From Monocercomonoides exilis PA203 (Eukaryota > Protista > Preaxostyla), in contig LSRY02000037.1 of NCBI GenBank assembly GCA_001643675.2, forward strand, positions 930,001 to 994,000: a stretch of DNA of 64,000 nucleotides, read 5' to 3'. The position numbers were made by a program, and so were the translations under genes. This document shows positions 12,871 to 24,008 of this stretch, piece after piece. A model generated the notes under the pieces. That model saw only the letters and a list, made by a program, of their open reading frames with translations, was not told the DNA's origin and did no database searches. Position 1 is the stretch's first letter. Every line of letters begins with the position of its first letter.

Positions 12871-13667
12871 TAATCAAATGAATTTCAATCCAAAATTCTA
12901 AAATTTCTGCATTTTGATAGGAAGAACTCATTCTTTCGAAATGCCTCAAGAATATTTGAATTATCTGAGAAAACTGAGTTGTTGAAGAAGAAAAAGAAGA
13001 GGGACAATGGAGAATATATTGTTGAATATTACAAACTATTTTCAAAACGCGTTTTCTTCACCAACGTGATTTCTTGTGAAGTCTTCTATTCTTTTGTTTG
13101 AAAGGTATTTGCTGTACATATTTCGTTCTTGAAGACTATTTGTTGAAGTTCTTTTGTTGGTGAAACAGAAAGCGAAAGGGAAATAAGGTATTTCTGGTTG
13201 AGAAGCAACAATTAACTCACTAATTTCAAAAAGAAATCCCTTTTTTTATAATGATTCTATTTCATCTCATAAAACCCTCTTTTTGTCAACTGAATTTTGA
13301 TTTCTTATATTTTGCAAGATTACATAAGATAGAATGTGCAAAAAAAGGAAACAAACTGAAAGAACACAAAACCGCTCAAAAAACAAAGAAAAGGTTGTTT
13401 GCAACAATAAATGACAAAGAAAATATTGAATTTTTCTTTTGAAACTGTTGAACAGACAAGTCACTTGAGGAAGGTTTTTTTTTTGTATGTGTGTGTGCGT
13501 GTAAAATTTAAAAATGTGATGTTATTTGCTTCTTCATTTCATCAAAATGAAGTGGAATAAAAATAATCATAAAAAAAAATGCTCAAATGATTGTTTTCGA
13601 TTTTGAGATACGATGAAAAAGAAATAATTTGATTTGTGTGATACAAAGCCAAATGAAATGAATTTGG

Positions 13668-15090
13668 TCAAACATTCACAAAATAATCAGAAATATTTTT
13701 TGATAATTCATAATAATATTTACTGCTAAAAAATGGAATGGCTTCACAAAAGCTAATGATGCAATCTTCGTACCCTTCTTCTTCTATCTTTTCAAACACT
13801 TTCCTTTTGGTTATCTTTCTCTTTGCCTCTTTCATTTTGTCATACTCCTTTCCTTTCAATCGCAATGAAATCGCAAGAAAATATGCAAAGCATTCATTTG
13901 ACATTTTATCATTCAATGTTTGTAGCTGAATTTCTTCCAAAAAAATTTCAATTGTTTTTCCTTTCAGCAAGCCATAAATATTCACAGATCCATTATCCAC
14001 GACTTTGTTAAGCAAATGAGTGCACTGACCGCTAATTTCTCTGTAATTATCCTTCGCTGATTGAAATATCTGGGTAACACATCTGATAAGCTCCACAAAT
14101 TCATCATTCCACACTTCGAATGACTCAAAAAAAGTCTCCAATGATTGAAGCCATCTCAATAAAACAATCTCTTCTTTCACTTCTCTTTCTCCTTCCTCTT
14201 CTTCCTTCTCTCTCTTCCAGTCGATACATTTTGAAAGCTCTTCTAATTCTCTTCTTGCCTCTCTCGAAAAGTGCAGCTCATTCACAACTACTTCTTCCAA
14301 GCTTCTGTCCAAGAAAATTCTTCTTATCATAAACATCCAAGTGCACTGATAGGCAAGTCGAGTCAAATTGTGACGCTCCTGATGATATAGGATAATCTCT
14401 TTGGTTTCATTCAAATATTTATCTTTTGTCATTTCCTGTAATAAAAAATGAGAGAAAATAAATTCAGTAGCCTTTAATATAAAATTGAAACACTCATACA
14501 CAATATTCGCTAACATCGCTTAAAGTCAGCAAAGCCATTTCTACTTCTTTTTGAGCTTCCTCAGTTTCTTCTTTCTTCAAGGCAACTTTCAGAAGACTAA
14601 ACACGCAAATATGAAGCAATTCAGTTGGAAAGAAGCAGCTTAGAGAAAGATAGCATTCGCAAAGATCAATAAAAAGCTTTTCGTTCTTTCCTTCTTTTTT
14701 CATATCTTCTTCAATAATCAGCTTTTCAAAATTTTTGGAAAGCCCAGAATAGGAGAAATCGCCATTCCAAAACATTTTTAAAGCTTTGCGGGATGCGATG
14801 TACTTCAATAGTAAAAAGGCCTTGTTAATTGTCAATTTCTTTTCTTCAATCATTTTGTTCATTTTATTGAACATTTCAACTGTAAAAACAGATTTGAATT
14901 CTTCTTTATTCATTTCATTAATCACTCTGTTTATTTCAATGATTTTCTGTTTCTGATCCTCCTCGTTGAAATCTTCAAATCCAGAAAACAATTCTTCAAT
15001 GAAAAAAAGAAAGAAATGCAATAAACAAGAATTCAAATACAATAATATTTGCAAACCCGTGAACTTTTTTGTGTTATCTGTCTCCTGCAT
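13668..15090 (-). CDS. Lineage-expanded hypothetical family, paralog 1 (introns 14994-15056 and 14436-14499)
   Basis: Motifs LCECYL, KEVEMALL.LS, LTRLAYQ..W.F, EEEGYED and YFVN are shared with the paralogs at 17711 and 49239. GT-AG introns restore the frame. Confidence 0.85.
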
Positions 15091-16289
15091 TTTTTGGAAT
15101 CGCGTTTCAGTCAGAAAACAATATGATTTTAGTATTCACATTGAATTCATTTGTGATTGGATTGAAGAAAATGAATGAAAAATTAAAACTTAACAATAGC
15201 CATAAAAAAGTTGCATTCGCACCATTCTGTCTTGTGTTAATATTTTTGGCAAAGGATTATGAAGATAAACAATTCTTAATCTTTTCTCTTTATTTGTAAT
15301 GGATGTTCTGATCATTGAATTTAAATGAACGAAATTATCCATTGGAAAGATGAGAGATCGGTGAATAAATATTTATTCAAAATTGGAAACATTATTTCAC
15401 ATATTAACTTCGATCATTGGAAATTCTTTGCGGATGATGGAATTCTCTTTGTTGAATTTAGGAATTGGATAACCCAGGGAATGCAACAACCTTTACTTTG
15501 GAAATAAAAACGCAAGACCGTTTGCATTTTCAATGCTCCTTTTCTTTGTGAAGACATTAAAACCATTTTCTTTTCAGGACGCGAGAATCTGACAAATAAC
15601 ATAAAAATAGACAATTTGTTCTTTGGAAGTAAAATACAAAAGATTCGAGGGGGAAAAAAAGCATCACGCGTTTTAAATGCGACTGTTTTTTGTTTTGATT
15701 ATTTTTATTGATAATTTGTGTCATAGCACGCGCAGGATGGAAATGCCAGAAAAAATGCAACTGGACGGATCGGAAATTGACGGGGTTGGAAGATTTTTGA
15801 GAGTATTATGGAGAGATTGGAACAGATGAATTGATTGGAAAATGAGGGGAAAAGAAATGGAAAAGTGACTTTGGGGAAGGTTACAACTGGATGAATGGAC
15901 TTTCTCGTGATGAAAAGGAGAGATCGTTGCTTTTATGGACTGAGGAGAAAGATGCAACTGGATTTCACTGTTTGGCTCGAGAAACGAAATTACGAGAAAA
16001 TCGGTCATTTCTGTTTATGATAAGCAACTGGAGATGGATAACTGGGATATTAATTTTTGATAATTTGACCCTTGTTTTCTGTTTTCCATAGTCTTAGCGA
16101 TATCCAAAAGAACAGAGAACGAGGTTATGATGTTGAAGATACTTTCTAACTAAAAATATCGAGATTAGAGATATGAGTTACATCTTTATTATTGATTTTT
16201 GGATCGTCTTTATCGTCTTTTCCTTTTTCTTCACATCGTTTCGATCATTGTTCTCATTTGAACTTCCTCGACAAAAGAAAAAACATATT

Positions 16290-16990
16290 TTTTATCTTAA
16301 TGCTCATTATTACTTTCGTATTCTTCTTCTCCTTCATTTTCATCACCTTTCATTTCCTGCTCGCTCTTGTTTATCACAATCAATGTATTTGCGGATGACA
16401 ACTTCCCTTTTCCAAACAGGATGCTCATGTTCACTTATGTTTGCTTTTCAATCAATTTTATTAAAATTGATGATATTCTTGAATGCACCTCGTTCTCTGT
16501 TACGAACTCATCTTCTTCGATCTTTTGTGTCTCAGTAAGTTCAACGTCTCCTTCTTTCATGCTTGTTTCAAGTGACAAATTGCACGGAAAAAGCAGTTTC
16601 CCACGAATGATCAACCACAATTCGCCTTATGGCTGGGTTGCATTCTTCACATATTCAAGAATTGGAATAAAGAAGGGTGATGCTCTATCTCCTGCAATCC
16701 CTCCCAAATTACTTCCCTCATCCAATATCCAAAGCGATGTGTTTTTCTCGATTCCATCTCCACCTTTCACATTCACAACATTCAATTCTCCTTTCCATTC
16801 ACAAATCACATTCATTAGAGCTGATGGATACCCCTCAATCCATGGGTTGTTCTCAAACTCTCCTTTCTCAATCTTCACAATTTCTCAACTCGCCCGCAAC
16901 CATCCACCCTTGATCTTTCATAGCCATTGTTTCATTCATCTTTATGTCTCTGTTTTCAGTGAAAATCAATGAACCGTTCCACCTCCATCA
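16290..16990 (-). pseudogene. Fragment of the large surface-protein family (membrane-proximal region)
   Basis: One frame NNPWIEGYPSA…GGIAGDRASPFFIP…LLFPCNLS…SILFGKG, broken by TAA at 16627 and 16435 and then a frameshift. No start codon or TM segment. Confidence 0.6.
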
Positions 16991-17299
16991 TTCATTTTTC
17001 GATTTCATTCATTAATTTTCATTATTTCCATGGGTTCATCTTGGGTTGAACCAAAAGGTCATGCAATTCATGAACCAACAAAGTGTGAAAGTCATTTGAA
17101 CATATTTTTCTGCTGTCTTTTAAATTCATCTGCTTCACATATAGAATTTATTTTTATTTTTTTAAATTGGATTAGCCTTTTTGCTTTCCTCTTCAGAAAA
17201 ACTCCTTTTGAACATCAAAAATTAATCCTGTTCAAAACCAAAAAGATGTCCGACTCATGAAACAAAATGCCTCAAAATTTGAAATTCATTTCTTAATCT

Positions 17300-17469
17300 G
17301 GGACGATATTTTTTGCTTAATGTATTTTATTCCATTCAATTATTTCAAATTTTTATCTCAATTAAAAAAATAATCTTTTTTTTTTTGCAAGGAAATTCAA
17401 GGATTATTATGACATAATTACAGAAATAATTTGGAACTTTTTTTTTCACAAAACCAAAGATTTCGTCCC
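17300..17469 (-). mobile_element. MITE family A copy (GGGAC…GTCCC, TSD ATCT)
   Basis: Reverse complement aligns along its length with 23408-23585 and 45186-45363. ATCT flanks both ends. Confidence 0.75.
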
Positions 17470-17710
17470 ATCTTTAATTCTTGTTTGCTTGATCTGAAAA
17501 AAACAAAACAATTTGCATTTCTGACCTTTTCCAGCCGAGATCATTGAGTTTGCTGAATCTTCTATTTTTCACTATATTTATAAAGAAAAGAGATTGTTTT
17601 GTGTTTGCCACCTTTTCATTTTGGAGATAATCAAAGATATTTTTATTTGTCTTTTATTTCGTTAATCGCCAAACTGATCACAACAAATTCATGTATTTTC
17701 TGCCAGCAAC

Positions 17711-19241
17711 ATGTATTCACACTATTATGGAGGGCATGCAGATGCACTTCAGGAGACGTCCAGAACAGAAAAGTTTTCTGGTTTGGAAAAACATTTATTT
17801 GAATTTCCGCTTGTGATAATTGGTATTTTATCAGAAAAGCTTGACGAGCTGGAGCATTGCGACGATGATGGCCAAAAACAGAAAATCGAAGAAATTAATG
17901 AAATGATTTTTGAAATGACAAAAGAAGAATTCAAATCTGTTTTCACAGAAGAATTGTTCGACAAAATGCTCAAAATGATTGAAGAAAAGAAACTTTCGAT
18001 GGAAAATGCAATGTTGCTCTTGAAGCACATTGGATATTGCAAAAAAATGAAGAGCATTCAGATTTGGAGCTTTAATCATTCACAGTTGAGCAAAAGAATT
18101 ATGAAGATAATTATTGAAGAAGAAAAGAAGAAAGAAGAAGAAAAGGAAGAAAAGCTTCTGGTTGATCTTTGCGAATGCTATATTTCACTTTATTATCTCC
18201 TCTCGTCTGAAATGATTTCAATTTGTGTACCTTGCCTTCTGAAAGTGGCGTTGAAGAAAGAGGAAAATGACGAGGCTCAGAAGGAAGTGGAAATGGCATT
18301 GCTAGCATTGAGTTGCATTGATTTGCATAATGTATGAATATTTTTAATTATTTTGGCATTGTTGATTTTTTCCCCACTTATTTAATTAGAAATTGGATAA
18401 AGAACTGTATTTGAAGGAGACTACGAAAATTATTGAATATCATCGAAGGCATCGCAACCTGACTCGTCTCGGCTATCTGTGCATTTGGGAGTTTTTGATA
18501 AAACGAATGCATTTTGACACAAGCTTGGAGGAAGTATTTGTTGATGAGTTCCATTTTGCGAGAGACGCGAGAAGAGAACTGGAGGAGCTGACAAGATGTG
18601 TGGATTCTAAGAGAGAGAAAAAAGAGGAAATGAGCAAAGAAGAAGCGAAAGAAAAACTCATTTTATTTCGATTGCTTCAAATATTAGATTTTTATTTTGG
18701 AAAATGTCAGTTGTGGCACGAAGAATTTACTGGGCTTTTAAGTTGCATTGTGAAGTTGGTTGGAGCGGTGAAGGACGATTACAGAGATATTGGCAATGAA
18801 TGTATTCATTTATTAATAAAAGCAGTTGAAAATAGAACATTTAAAGTTGATGACTTGTTGAAATGCAAAGCGATTGATCTCGTTTTGGAGGAGATTCAGA
18901 AGCCAACATTGGACGATGGAAGAGCAGGCATAAGCTTAAGATTTTTCGATGCTCTTTCATTGCGAATGAATAACAAGAAGAAATATGAATTGGAAGAACC
19001 GAAAAGAAAATGGCTGAAAAGAAGGATGATTGAGAAGCTGGAAGAGGTGAAAAGAGAAGAGCTGAAAAGAAGAATATTTGAGAAGATGGAAGAAGAAGGG
19101 TTCGAAGATATCGTCACCAGCTTTCATAAAACTTTAGAATTTTTTCAAAGTCATTATGATAGTTTATTACCGTTGAATGTTGCAGATTATTTTGTGAATG
19201 AGAGAATGGGACACTTTTCGTTTTTCGATAAAAAAATATAA
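17711..19241 (+). CDS. Lineage-expanded hypothetical family, paralog 2 (introns 17781-17834 and 18332-18389)
   Basis: Same motifs and intron phases as the other paralogs. Short internal duplication (KRKWLKRRMIEKLEE / KREELKRRIFEKMEE) and an extension beyond YFVN. Confidence 0.87.
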
Positions 19242-19342
19242 TTTTTCTGTATTTCTTTAATCATTTCACAAAATTGAAACAAACAATCAATGAAGATTTT
19301 TAAAATATTTCTTTCCACTTCTACTAAACGGTTCAACAACAA

Positions 19343-19346
<4 letters not shown>

Positions 19347-19409
<63 letters not shown>
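19347..19409 (+). repeat. Poly(A)63 homopolymer
   Basis: Uninterrupted A run between paralog 2 and a transposase fragment. Confidence 0.95.
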
Positions 19410-19412
<3 letters not shown>

Positions 19413-19439
19413 TTTGCTCAACTGTTCTTCATAGAAAAT

Positions 19440-19710
19440 AACTTTCTCGTTTTTACTATATCAGAGCTGTTATTGCTGTTGAAAATTGAAGAGCCGTTTG
19501 AAAAGTTGGTCGGACAGAGCTTTTCACAAAAAAATAGAAAAAGAAGTTATAACATAAGTCATCAGAATTCAAAATTTATAAGGAGTGAATTATTCTTTAA
19601 CTCAAACGAAACAGATGGTTGACATTTTGATTTTTTTCTTATAGATTGTTTTCACTTATTATTATTAAAGACGGAATATATTCAAGCTGATATGATAATT
19701 CGAAATAGAG
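19440..19710 (+). pseudogene. Transposase N-terminal fragment, including the conserved intron, related to element 3
   Basis: GAAAAGTTGGTCGGACAGAGCTTTTCACAAAA matches element 3 (GAAAAGTTGGTCGTGCAGAGCTATTCACAAAA). AAACAGATG|GTTTGA…ATTAAAG marks the intron at the equivalent site. Confidence 0.65.
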
Positions 19711-20049
19711 AAGAAGAATATAAGGAGAAAAATTATCGAAATCATCACCATTCTGGTGATTGTTTTTCTATCATTACTATTTTTAAAGACAGTTATATTT
19801 GAAAAGTGATTGCATCATTCACCATATAATTTTCATTTAAATGCCAATTATACAACCGTTGTTTTCAAAAAAAGATGTGTGATATTGTGATTTATTTATC
19901 CGGACGTTACATTTTTTTAACAAAAAAATGAATTCTTCATTATAAGTTGCATGTTCAAATTTTCGAAAAAAAGCAACAATCAACAGTGTAGATAATCCAT
20001 AAATTTTCTTTAAATAATTTTTCTGGTATTTTTTCATTCTTTATCATCT

Positions 20050-21482
20050 TCGAAATCATTATTACATAAATTTTGGGATTTGGATATTTTTCTTTTTTTC
20101 GGCTTCTCTACAGAAAACAAATCTTTTTCTATTATTTCTTTTGCAGAATCGTCAATATTTTTCTCCTCTTTCGTCTTTTTGAATTCTTTTCGTTCATCAC
20201 AAAATGCTTGATCTGAATTATTTTTACTATGGTAATAGAAACGATGGGATTTTTTTTCAGTTGAACAGAAGGAGTGTCAGGGAACTTCACCAATACAGAA
20301 TTGGATTGCCCAGACAACACACCGCTCTTTTCAAGTACAGAGTGAATTGTTGAAGGAAGCAATGCAGTTTGCAAAGCCTGTGGCAAGTCATTTGCAAATG
20401 CTTTTCGTCTAAGTGCGATCAAAGAGGAAGATGGAACAACATTTTTTGAATTGAAACATCTTTTTTACACATCAAAAACTCCACAGTCAAGTGGCTGTGA
20501 AAGATGAGTGCTGTGTGGAATAAATGCAACAACAACAATTGATGCATCTTCAAATTTTTGCCAAAGATCTAACTGTGCTCTTGAAGGATGAAAATCAAAG
20601 AGAAGCAAGCATCTATCTTCGTTCATGTCCAGTAATTATCTCCTGTTAACATTTCAAGGCATCAGCACCTCTTCATCACAGCGATTAAACAATGCATCAG
20701 TCATCCATCCATTATTATCGGCGCAGGCGTGAAACTGGGGGCTATGCAAAATCTTTATTTCAGGTGGTTGTATTTTTTGGATGGCCAAAGAATAAGGCTT
20801 AGCAAAGAATAAACATCAGTTGCAACAGCAACCTCAAGAGTGGAGCTTGGTATGTTGATTGGAGCTTTTGAAAACCCAACTGGAATGCCTGAATGATGAA
20901 CAGCTAGTTGTTTTGAAAAGTCGGAGAGTCGAAAAGAGGATTTGGAGGTATTGAAGATGAGTGAATGAGAGCATTTGTGAAAGTCATGAATTGATTGAAG
21001 AAGAGAGAAGAAAAGTTGAAGAGATTGTTTGTTTAAACAGATATACGTTCAATGTCAACGTTATTAGGAATCGATGTTAAAAGATATGAATTTCGTTAGC
21101 AAATAAATACGGAGTTGATTTTGAAATTTTGACTTCCTGATCTTTTTCGTTGCCACTTCGAATTTTTCTCTCAGATGGAAATGATTCCATCTTTAATTAC
21201 TATTAATAATAAATATTTATTCGTAATAAATTTAAATGCTAATCAATTGTTTGGTTTTGTCACCGAATTACTCACTCCTGTCATGCTTTCTTTTCTGATA
21301 ATTCCAGTTATTTCTTCTTTATCTTCTTTTGTGAATAGCTCTGCACGACCAACTTTTCCCACGATTCTTCCCTTTTTCAATAGCACAAACAGCGCAATAA
21401 ATAGAAGAACGAGAGAATTCATATAAATTTACAGAGGAGGTTGCACGGCATTTTCCAACTTAAATGATTGCATACGTCTCAT
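20050..21482 (-). pseudogene. Frameshifted DD35D transposase
   Basis: LLLFDFHPSR…FIPHSTHLSQPLDCGVF (35-residue spacing), NNGWM and LPQALQTALLPS closely resemble element 2. Many stops and frameshifts; the intron donor is mutated GT to AT. Confidence 0.85.
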
Positions 21483-21692
21483 GAAGTCACTTTTAAATTT
21501 TGCGATACTGGAAAGAATTTTTCAAATCTCTCAATTTCGTTTATCCAATTTCTTTTCTTTATTTCACGACACTCATCTAAAAAAAATCAGAAATAATTAT
21601 TTAATTTTGCATATTTTCATTTTTTAAAATATAGCCATTTAAAAATTTGCAATTACATCAAAAAAAGTTGGTTGATATAATTTTTTCATCAC

Positions 21693-22624
21693 TTATTATT
21701 CAAATATGGCAAACTTATTACACAAAATTAATTAACTAATAATTCGATTTTGGGTAACAAATTATTCAAATTTGGTTAAATTAATATTTAAAATTGTTAA
21801 ACTTTTAATTCGAAATTGGTAAACTTCTTATTCAAAATTAATAAAATTCAGTATTTTTTATAAAAATATTTATTGATATAATATGATCACTGGTTGAGTG
21901 TCAGAAAGTGATTAAAATGTTTTGTTTTTTCATTATTCTTAAAAAGGATGAAAATTGAACCCCAATTTCTATTATTTGTGAATAAATTTGAAAAACTTTG
22001 ATATTTCAGAAAAAAAATCATCATCCTTGAAATTGAATAATTTTCTAATGAATTCACTTCACATCGATAAATAATGAAAAATTCAATCAAGAAAAGTTAT
22101 TTGCATCAGTTTTTCAAACAAAATACAAATATTTTTCTGTACTGAATGAATTAAAAAATGCACTTTTTGAATACTTTATTTGTTTATGGTTGTTCATTTG
22201 AATAAACATAAATTTCAACAACTTTTCTTGATTGAATTTTTCATTATTTATCGATGTGAAGTGAATTCATTAGAAAATTATTCAATTTCAAGGATGATGA
22301 TTTTTTTTCTGAAATATCAAAGTTTTTCAAATTTATTCACAAATAATAGAAATTGGGGTTCAATTTTCATCCTTTTTAAGAATAATGAAAAAACAAAACA
22401 TTTTGATCACTTTCTGACACTCAACCAGTGATCATATTATATCAATAAATATTTTTATAAAAAATACTGAATTTTTTAATTTTGAATAAGAAGTTTACCA
22501 ATTTCGAATTAAAAGTTTAACAATTTTAAATATTAATTTAACCAAATTTGAATAATTTGTTACCCAAAATCGAATTATTAGTTAATTAATTTTGTGTAAT
22601 AAGTTTGCCATATTTGAATAATAA
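21693..22624. repeat. Near-perfect inverted repeat: ~405-bp arms (21693-22098 and 22220-22624), 121-bp spacer
   Basis: Arms are reverse complements with about one substitution and one indel seen. The ORF track gives nearly identical peptides on opposite strands (21887-22090 and 22180-22431). Confidence 0.95.
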
Positions 22625-22895
22625 ATGGTGTAATGAAAAAATTTGGATGGATATAAAAATGTCCGGACAAAAAAATCACACTGTGTGAAAATGGCAGAGG
22701 TGATTTTTATTGCAGTTATCTCATTTCAGTGATCGTTCACAAATGTTCAAAATTAAATTTCAATCAGAAACTTCTGACTGAATAAAAATGATTTGAATAA
22801 TAATCGCCCATGTGTTTGTTTAAAATCTTGATTTCAACAAAGGCAAAGAAACTGTGTTTGGTTGAATCAGTTATATTTTTTTGTTCAATTCTGTG

Positions 22896-23252
22896 GATGT
22901 CGCATTAAAAACCCGACAAGATCGATTTCACGATAACAGCATCAGGAATAATTCTGTTTATTTCCCTCACAATATATCTCATCAAAACAAACTCATTTGA
23001 TATGCAAAACTCTCAAAATAGCTTCATTTGTGCTCAGAGAATATTATTATAAAATTCTCGGAGAAACTCAAAATCCTATTTCTCCGAAATTTCAAATAAT
23101 AATTTTTTCAAAATTCAGTCTTCATGAAAATAGAAGTTTGATATGCCAAATGAGTTTGCATTGACGAGATATATTTATAGGAAAATTGTCAGAATTATTC
23201 CTCTTGCGGTTATTGAGAAATCGATCTTGTCTGGTATTTTTTGCGATGTCAG
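22896..23252. repeat. Older degenerate foldback palindrome, ~170-bp arms, ~13-nt loop near 23072
   Basis: GACAAGATCGATTTC…GGAATAATTCTG…AATATATCTC…CAAACTCATTTG…TCGGAGAAA is mirrored by TTTCTCCGA…CAAATGAGTTTG…GAGATATAT…CAGAATTATTCC…GAAATCGATCTTGTC. Confidence 0.8.
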
Positions 23253-23407
23253 GTATTTTATTCGATATCTGTATTTTGTTTTTCATTGGCTTTGAATAAT
23301 CCAATTAAATAATTTTTTCCTATCTTTTGTTATCTAAATTACCAATATGTCAGATTTTTTATATAATGATGCAAGCCATCCAAAACTTTAAATGTAATTA
23401 ATGAAAT

Positions 23408-23585
23408 GGGATAGAATTCTTGCATTTCTGAAAAATTCAACGATTTGTTCCATTCTTTTCCCACAATTTTATCAATATAAGTCTTTCATTCCCGTGTTAA
23501 AAAAAAGAAGAAAATTTTGAAAAATGATAAAAATATTTGAAAGTGAAGAATGGAACAAAATTCATAAAACAAAAAATTACGTACC
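23408..23585 (+). mobile_element. MITE family A copy (TSD AAAT)
   Basis: GGGATAGAATTCTT…GAAAAATTCAACGATTTGTTCCA…TGGAACAAAATTC…GTACC is colinear with 45186-45363. AAAT flanks both ends. Confidence 0.75.
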
Positions 23586-23850
23586 AAATATCAATATTAT
23601 TTTTTTGAATTCGAAGAATAACTCAAAAAAGCCAAAAAGAAATGATTACAAAAAATTCCAGTAAAAAAATTATCGTTTGACTTTCTTTTTTTCATTCCAC
23701 CAAATTAATTAATATTGACATTTCTGCTTTTAATCAACGTAAATAATAAACAACAACTTAAAAAAAAATAAAAAATTCTGAAAGACATTTAAAAGAAAAG
23801 AAAAACGTTTTTGTATTTCTTCATTCAAAAATATTTTAAAAAACTCAACA

Positions 23851-23968
23851 AGAGAGAGAGAGAGAGATAGATAGAAAGTAAGAAAGTAAGTAAGTAAGTA
23901 AGAAAGAAAGAAAGAAAGAAAGTTAGTAAGAAAGAAAGAAAGAAAGAGAAAGAGAGAGTGAGCGAGAG
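23851..23968. repeat. Compound microsatellite (GA/AGAT/AAGT/AAAG) just 3' of the USP gene
   Basis: Visible simple repeats. Confidence 0.85.
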
Positions 23969-24008
23969 AATGAAAAACACTTTTCCAATTTGTATTTTTC
24001 AATAACAT

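Larger units (their letters stand above)
19883..22683 (-). mobile_element. Degenerate pogo/Fot-like DNA transposon 3
   Basis: Imperfect TIRs TGTGATTTATTTATCCGGAC (~19886-19905) and GTCCGGACAAAAAAATCACA (22661-22680) bracket a decayed DD35D transposase. TSD not preserved. Confidence 0.65.

Noticed and set aside
17711-19409. Paralog 2 as a retrogene because of the downstream A63
   Set aside because: It retains both introns.
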